Both the position numbers and the translations under genes were made by a program. Below the pieces are notes generated by a model, which was given only the letters and a program-made list of their open reading frames with translations, ran no database searches and was not told where the DNA came from. 64,000 bases of DNA from Schmidtea nova (taxonomy: Eukaryota): contig CM097882.1 of the NCBI GenBank assembly GCA_044892505.1, positions 283,030,001 to 283,094,000 on the forward strand. Direction: 5' to 3'. Of this stretch, positions 1 to 9,000 are shown piece after piece (position 1 is the stretch's first letter; each line of letters begins with the position of its first letter).

Positions 1-1
1 A

Positions 2-3000
2 ATTGGATATATCTTTGTAAGTTATCGTCTTGGTTAGCGATTTTGTACACCATTCCCTAATATTCCTGAATAATGCTTCTTTTTCACTTTCGAATTTACA
101 CTCTTCTTTGTTTTTGGACATTATGATATTTCCTCTATCTAATAGCGTTAACAGTGTTTTCTGATCACAAACGAATTTTAATAGAAATCGTAATAACGCG
201 TTTTGTCCTTTGCTATATACTTCGTTTATATTTAACACCCATGTATCATTTTCGGATCTTTTCCATTTTATTAGCTTGCGTATTGTTTTGCAGTTACCGA
301 TTTTTATTGCTTCCTTTATTATATCACCTTTGATCAGTTCATCTATTTCCCAAGTGGCCTTCTCGATTATTTGTTTGAGCATTATCTGATTTGAGCTCCA
401 TATTGCGTGATTCAAGACTGTTTTGTTTTCTCTATCGCGTTCTGTCCAGTTGAAATCGGCATTTATCAAAAGGTCTATTATTGCTTTATCCGATTTGTAG
501 ATGGCTGCTACCATTAATGGTGTTTCTTGTTCGCTATTCCCAAAACCAAGGTGTTGGTTTGTTTCCTTAGCGATTTTTAGAAATTCTTTTACTCTCTCTA
601 CTTCTCCCCATTTTATGGCGTTATGTAATGCTGGTTGTCCTCCTATGTCTTCTAGTGAAAGTATTTCTGGAATCTTTTCCAGTAGTTCTGAAATGACTGG
701 TTTTGTTGGTAGTCCCCTTGCGTAATCACTAATTATCGACTGAATATCTCTTAATATATCGTCTCTGAAATGCCATTTTCCCATTATTTCTCTGGCTTTT
801 AGTACAATTTCCTTGTTTCTTTTTTCTCGTTGATTGTTCTCTGCTTCGGTGCTTTCATTGGTTGCTCTGAGCATATTCATTCTGGCTGTCTGGGATCTGG
901 TTATTATTCGTTCTTCTGGCGCTGTGGTTATTGTCTTTGGTACTTTTTTACATCTGCATGTATTAACGTATATTGGTCGTATCAATGGTCGATTAACAAG
1001 TTTTACCTTCACATTGTTTTCCTTTTTGTATATAACTTCGTAAGGGCCTTTTCCTGGTCTTTGTAGTTTTTTAACGGTTCCTGGTATTATTTCTGGGGTT
1101 TCTATCATTACCCAATCTCCGGGTTTAAGATCATTTGTTTTAACATTTTTCTTTTGATCGTGTAGGTCCTTGTAACTTTCTTGATAAAACTTTATGTTTA
1201 GTTCTGCTGTCTTCCATATCTCTTGCATTCGTTCTTTGAATTTGGTGACGTAATCATCTTCCTCCATATATTGAGACAAAGGTGGTTGATATTCAAGATC
1301 TATTGGCATATTGCATTCCCTTCCATACATTAATTGAAATGGACTCAATTTTGTTGCTGCGTGTATCGACATTCGGTATGCCATTAGACATAGCTTTATG
1401 TACTCATCCCAATCTGTTTGGTGTTTGCTTACATAATTGGATAACATTCGAATCAATGTGCCGTTAAATCTTTCCGTTTGTCCATTAGTTTGCGGATGAT
1501 ATGGTGACGTTCGTAATTTGGCTATTCTGAAGTAATTTGTTACTTCATCTAGTATTTCGCTCATAAAATTTGTTCCTTGATCTGTTAGTATTTGTTTCGG
1601 GGTTCCGTATCGACAACATATTTCCTCTACTAAAATTCTTGCTACGGTCTTTGCTTTTTGATCCGGCATCGCAAATGCTTCAGGGAATTTAGTCAAATAA
1701 TCCGTTATTACCAATATATATTGATTCCCGTTTAAACTTTCTGGCAATGGTCCTATTACATCCATCGCAATGGTAGTCATTGGTTCCGCTGGTATTGGCA
1801 TGGGTTTTAAGGGATTTTTCCATTTCTTCCCACTATCCTTTCTTGTGGCACAAGTTAAACAGTTCTTTATCCATTCCTTTACGTCTTCGTCCATTGTTGG
1901 CCAATAATATTTTTGTCTCATGCGATTTAATGTTTTCTTATCGGACATGTGTCCTCCCAACTTTCCGTCATGGTATTGAGTTATTATCTCTTTTCGTCTA
2001 TTACCTGGCAGACACATTAATCGTTTCTCTCCATCTCGTATTAATAACCATCCTTTTTCTATTGTGTATCGATGTTGGTATTTCCTCATGTGTTCCTTTA
2101 ACTCTGCATTGTCTTTGAATACATCCATATTTCGTGAGCTTAGGAATTCTATGATGGGTCTTAGTTCTTTATCCTCTTGCTGATCTTTCTTTAACTCACT
2201 GAAATCCAAATCCTCTGCTATCATTATGCATATTCTTTGCACTTCTGGGTCTGTTAGTTCTGGAAACGTTAATCTTGACATGCAATCTGCGTTGGCATTC
2301 GCTTTTCCTGATTTGAATTTTATATCTGGTGAATATTCTTGTAATTGCATCGCCCATCTCATTAATCTGCTGGATGTTTCCTTATGTTGTCCTAGCCATA
2401 CAAGTGGTTGATGGTCTGTGGTTATGCATATGACGTGTCCCCATAATAGATATTTGAAGTGTTTTATTGCTAATATTATTGCCAATGCTTCTCTTTCCGT
2501 TACTGAATAATTCTTCTCGTGTTTCTTGAATGTTCTGCTATAATATCCGATTACCCGCTCTTTTCCCTCGTCATCATATTGTCCTAACACTGCTCCTGCT
2601 GCATATCCACTTGCGTCGGTTGCGAGTAAAAATGGCTTTTTGAAGTCCGGGTGAACCAATATTGGTGCAGTTATTAGCTTATCTCTCAATGTTTCAAAGG
2701 CTGTTTGTTGTTCGCTTCCCCATATGAACGATACGTCTTTCTTTACTAGCTCCTGGATTGGTTTTGCAATCCCTGCGTAATCCTTTATGAATTTTCTATA
2801 GTAACCGCATAATCCGAGAAATTCTTGGATCTGCGTTATCGTCTTTGGTACTGGACATTCTTTTACTTTATCAATGTTTCTGGGATCTGGTTCCTTTCCT
2901 TTTGCGGACACAATATGTCCTAAGAATGTCACTTTCTCCTTTGCCCAATCGCATTTCGATGGTTTGAGCTTGAGTTTCCATTGTCTCAATCTAACAAATA

Positions 3001-6000
3001 CATCTCTGATATCTTGGATGTGTTGTTCAAATGTGCTTGAGTAGATCAGTAGGTCGTCAATGTAAACCATGCATTGTTTTATGCCGTGGGTAACGAAATT
3101 CATACATCTTTGAAATGATGCTGGCGCATTGGTTAGTCCGAATGGCATTTTCCTAAATTGGTACAAGTCTCTTCCGATAGTGAAAGCAGTTTTCTCTTTG
3201 TCTTCCTCCTTCATTTTAATTTGCCAGTATCCGCTTTTCAAATCTAATGATGTAAAGTATGCCGCTCCTTGTAATGTCAATAACATCTCGTTGATGTCTG
3301 GTAATGGGTATGTATCCCTTTTTGTAACTGTATTTAATCTCCGATAATCAATACAAAATCGTTGTGTTCCGTCTTTCTTTTTCACCATTACAACTGGGAA
3401 TTGCCACGGTGAGCAGCTTGGTTCAATTACTTCTGCGTCTAGCATTTTCTGTACCTCTGCTTCTGCTACTGATTTTTGCGCTTCAGCTAACTTGTATGGT
3501 CTTAAAGCAATCGGCGTTTCGTCTGTTAGTGGAATCGTATGTAGTGTGACGTCACATGTCCCTAGATCTAAATCGGATGCCGCGAATATGTCTTTATATT
3601 CTATCAGTAATCTTTCTAGCTGTTTCTTTTGATCCTCATTCAATAGTTGGCTATCAATGTTCCAAGTGGGTTCTTCCTCTTTTACTCCTTCTTTTATTGG
3701 TATTTCGATATCTATCATTGGAGTTAGTTTACCTAATCTTTCATTTTCATAAATTATTTTATCCTCTTCATCGAAATTTACTACATTTATTGGGATTTCT
3801 CCGTTGTCATTCGCACTCACTAATCCCCTTGCCATTGGCAACGACTTTCTCTTTTCAAATCTTTTACTGGGTTCAAAGATCATGTCACCTTCTATTGTAG
3901 GATCTATTTTTACGAAACATATTTTCTCTCTCCGTGCTGGTACGATTATTTGTTTCGAACTTGTTACTTTTGCTTCTATTGCGCATATCTGTCCTGTCCT
4001 ATCCTTCAATCTCATTGTTCCGAGGTCAATAACTATTTCTTTAAATAATGCTGGCATTAAATCTGTGCCTATAATGCATGGTACGCTTAGTGCTGGTATT
4101 ACTGCTACGTACGTTTCGATTTCCGTGTTTTGATGTTTTATCTTTACCCACCATCTTCCGGCAACTTCTACTACTTCTTTACTGCATGCTATTACGTGAA
4201 CGTTGGTTCTCTCGATATCCCGTCTTTGTTCTTGTGGTATCCATTTTATATCTATTGCTGAGATATTTGCTCCTGTATCGATCATCGCTTCTATTTCCCT
4301 TCCGTTAATTTCGATTGTTGTAGTTAATACTGGACCGGTGTTTGATGACATTACTGCAATTGTATGTGAGTCTCCTTGCGGATCTACGCTTCTGCACCGT
4401 CTCGTTCTATAGTCTTCTGGTATCATAGGATATATGTTTGTCATCGGCATCATTTGCATTGTATTTTGTCTCATCCCTGGTGTTGGTTCTTGGTACATGG
4501 TTGGTGGGGGTGCGTAACACTTCCACATTTCCGCTGGATTCTTTTCGACATACTGTGGTACTTGATTTTTAAATACTTGACCTCCTTCGTTATCATCATC
4601 ATCGTCGTCACTGGAATCGTCTTGGGTTCTGTACCCTTTCATTCTTTCCCATAGTCCTTTTCTCTCTTTCTTTAGTTGTTGTCTTGCTTGCTCGTTATTC
4701 ATTATCTTTTTAAATTTTCGTCCCACCTCTTCATCGGTTCCTTTCATTTTTGCCAGTATTTTTAGGAGTCTCTTTATTCGGTGAATATCTTTTGAATGAC
4801 CGTGTAATACCATTGTTTTAGCCAAAAATGGTAAGAATCCTACCACCAATTTCCAATTTACTTTCTTTTCTCTTTTATAGATGTCAAAACAGGCTAACAT
4901 TTGCGTTATTATTACCCGTATTATTTGTATAATTAGTATAACACCAAGTATTCCTGCCATCATTTGTCCAAATATTAAAAATCTTCCCCACATCGCTTTC
5001 ATCATGTTTTCCGTTGCCTTCTTAAAGTGGGCTGGTGACAATAATAATTCGTAATTTGGTCCACTTTGGTAATTTGTTCCTCCTGTTATTGTTACAATAC
5101 TGGATAACACCGCTTCTCGTCTTGCCGGAAATAGTATGTTTTGTCTTGCTGCTTCTAAATCCTTTGCACTATAGAATCCCATATTGCTTACATCTACGTC
5201 TTTAAATTTTCGTCCTTTTGATAGTTGCATTAATTCAAATTCTCTTGGTGCTGGTACCTCTGTTCTTGACGGAAACATAACCCAATTTCCGTCTGGTTTT
5301 TGGTATAGTGGTCCATATGCGTTGCTACAATTGAAAGGGTTTGGTTCGAAACTTACTGGATTTATGATTCTTGTCACTGGTTGTACATATCTTACTTTCC
5401 CTTTATATTCGATTTCTAGTTCGTTAGTACACTGACCTGGTTGTAGTTTTGTCATTGTCGCTACCTTCGCATTTGTCTTTTTACATATGTATACGTACAT
5501 GACCTCTCCGACTACTCTTCCAAAATGACCTTCTCTTAATGGTAATAATGGCATTGCACTATCCGGGTTTGTGATTGCTACTGCTAATTTTGTCTTTAAT
5601 ATTTCCCTATTTAATATGCAATCGTTGTTTATTAAATCGTAATACACTTTTTGTAGTGACGCTTGTCCTCTATGGAATAGAAAATCCATTTTATTGTTCA
5701 TGTAAAGGTGTAATTTAACATCGTTCGTGTGTACTTTGCGTTTCGCACTAGGTACTTCTTGTTTTGATACAAAAATGCCGGGGTAGTTGGTTTCCAACAT
5801 GGCTACTCCGCATTTCAAGGCTGTTTTTCCTTTTACAAACCTCATTCCGATATCTGCATCTGAGGTAATTAGTACCGTTGGTGTATTTCTCATTTTAATT
5901 TGTTTTTCTTGTGTTCGGGTTTCAATCTTTTTCTCTCCCCGTACTGTGTCTTGAAGTATTTTTCCTCTTGCTGCCTCGTCTTCTTCTTCCTCTTGGAAGG

Positions 6001-9000
6001 TTTTCCCTTGTATCTCATCGAATTCTGCTTCCTTTAACAGTTGTAGTTGACATTCCTTCCCTCGTATCTGGTAGGTTAGGGTTGACATACCAGTCTGACA
6101 AGTGTTTGACTCGATTTTGCACATAGGTAGAGTTTTCATTTCTCCCGTCGTTGGATCGAAGAATGCCTCGTACGTTTTTAGTTCCACTGTATACGTATCT
6201 ATTACCACTAGGTTTGTTGCTGCTACTCCGAATATTGGATATGTTGCTCCTTGGCAGTACCCTTCTCCTCCCGTAATAGCTCCTGCTACATAATATGTTT
6301 GTTGCAATATCACTCCCGTTTTTCCTCTTATCTTTACTCTATCTCTAGTCTCTACTTCTCCATGTTTAAATAATTTTTCACAGTCTTCTCCTTGCAGCAT
6401 TACCGATTCTCTTTCCGTTCCTGGCATCACGATTGCTGAATAATGGCGGTGCCCACAATAAAAAGCAAATCTGGTTTTATAAACTTTGCATTCTCTGACC
6501 ATTGTTCTTATCAGTTCAGCTTCCTGATATACGTGGTATAATTGTCTCTTTTTTAATGTTTTTAGCTCCGTTGGGGTTGCGTCTTTACATTGTTCTGTCC
6601 CTCGTAATGAGTATTTTTCACCTAATGCCATTTGATCACAATCGAATACTTCAAATGCTGTTGCTCCGTCAGTACTAATCATCCATATTAATATCATCAT
6701 AATGATAGAACTCAGGTTTAGTGATGATTTCCCGTTTCCTGTTCCCGACTTTTCCTTTTCCAATTCTCCCAATATCTCTTCGAATTTCTTTTTCATATTT
6801 TTGGCTTGGTTTTTCTTTTGGTTCGTTTTTGTGAATGTTTCCCATCCTCCTTTACTGATGATGTACGGTTCTATTTCTTTCTCTATAATTTTGGCTGTAT
6901 TCTTTATATGTCTTTCAAGTGCTGTGGGTTTCAGTCGACCTCTACTCAGTGTCAGCAGATTGTAGATGGTGTATGCCATAGCTATTAAATATTTGTTATC
7001 CGTCTCTGCTCCTTCCGTTACCTTCTTTATCAACATCGTGGTTCCTTGCCAATCTAGGTGGTTTGACCTTGTCTTCTCTTTTATTAATTCTGGTAGGATT
7101 GGTGCGATGGCGCTATGCAGTGATTTCGCCCTTTCGCTTATTTCATTTATTCTCCACCATTTCTTTAATTCTGGATCGATTATTGCCAGTATTTCCATTA
7201 ACATCTTTGATATCCATTCCTCGCCTTGGTATGTTTGTGTTGTTTCTTTTTCTTTCGTTTCGGCTATTTTATTTAGTTTCTTTAAACACAAATCCCATTG
7301 ATCCCGTCTTTTTTCCTCTCTTGATTTTATAACTACATTTGCTGGATCCATCTTGGGTCTACCTCTAGGTCGTTTATCCATTGTCGTGCCCGTTTCTACT
7401 AATCTTGTTTCTCGTCCAGTTTCTTCTGTGACGTCTCTTGGTTCATTGGCTCTTTCTTCTAACCATCTTTCCATTTCTTGTGTGAATTGTACGTTTTCTA
7501 CATTTGCCCTCCTTGCTTCCTCTTCTGCTATTTCATTTACTTCTTCTATGATTATTTCTTGTTCGACTTCATCTTCGGTGTTGGTTACCGGTATTGCTGT
7601 TGGTAATTCTTGAATTCTTTCGAAAATATTATCATCTTTCTCTTTTGTTAGCTCTATTAACTCCTCTAACATATCATCGCTATCTGTAAAAATTTCGTCT
7701 TCATCGTATGGTTCCGGTGGTGTTCTTTCTCTTGTCTCTCTTGGTGTTGTTCTAGTTTGTTCTGAGCTTGTTCCTGGAGTCATTACCGATTTCATTGGGC
7801 TCGGCGTACTCATACTTCCTTTTGGTTTCTTTTCCTCTTTCAATTTCAATGGTTGGCCTGCTATTGCTGCCACTGTCAATGTATTTGCGATATCTAATTG
7901 CGCTGGCGTTATTCCAATTTCCAAGCTGTTATCTAATGATCGTCCTTGGTGTTGTAAATGGAATGGTGGTTCATATCTCAATTTCTTTTTAATGTCTCGA
8001 ACTTTCTCCGCTATCCCTACCCAAAACTCTTCCTTTTCTTGGTTCGGATATACTATTCTTAGGTGTACTTTCTGTGGCGATTCCTGCGAGAATTCTTGGT
8101 TTCTCCATTTTTTAATTACGTGATCCAATTGTTCTGGACACCACTCGTTAACTCTTTTGTATTCGGCGATTGCTTTTGCTACTTTACGCAAGCATGTTAT
8201 GTCTTCTCCATTAACTACGAAAAAATCTGCGAGACCTTTTACTACTTTTCTCTTGCCGTGCGCATTGGTTTTTAATATTTCGACAAATTCCTCTGTTTTT
8301 TGTTTCTCTCTTTCCAACCACATGGTTGCCGTTTCTGGTCCGTCTATATCAGCTGGCATGGCTTTTCTTGTTACCATACAAACCCTTCCCGTTTCCGGTT
8401 TGTGATCGTCTTCTATGCCTATTTCGTATTCCTCTTCGTATTCGCCTGCTTTTGGTTCCCAACATTTTCCTCGTTCGTTCCACCGTTTTTCTACAGGTGT
8501 TCGTAATCGTCTGTTGAGATTGAGTTCTTCTAATACATCTTCCCATTCTGGCCAAATCCGCCAATTTCGATAAATGTCTACTATTTGTTGTAATTTATGC
8601 ACAACTTCTTTTTGTCGTTCCCGTTCTCTTTTCTCATCCTTAGCCGTTTCTCTTGGTGTATCGTCCATTCTGATAACGTGGATGGTTTGGTGATTATCCC
8701 ATATACCAATTTTATATAGCCGTCTTTCATCGTGATCCCATAATACATGTTCGTTGTATTTCATGATTATGTCATCTTCCCATTCTTCTTCTGGTTCTCT
8801 TTGTAATAGTGTCTCGTTGATGACATTTACTAATTCTTTTATGGTACAATCTGCTACCACTTCAATTTCTTTGGTATCCTCATTAGGTAACTCTACTGCA
8901 ATTTTCAGATCTGTTATTTTCCCTTGTCTGAACATTGCTTTTCCCATTTTGGCAATTACTTTTCCGTATGAGATCTGTGACCATCTCGTGTGACTTGTGT

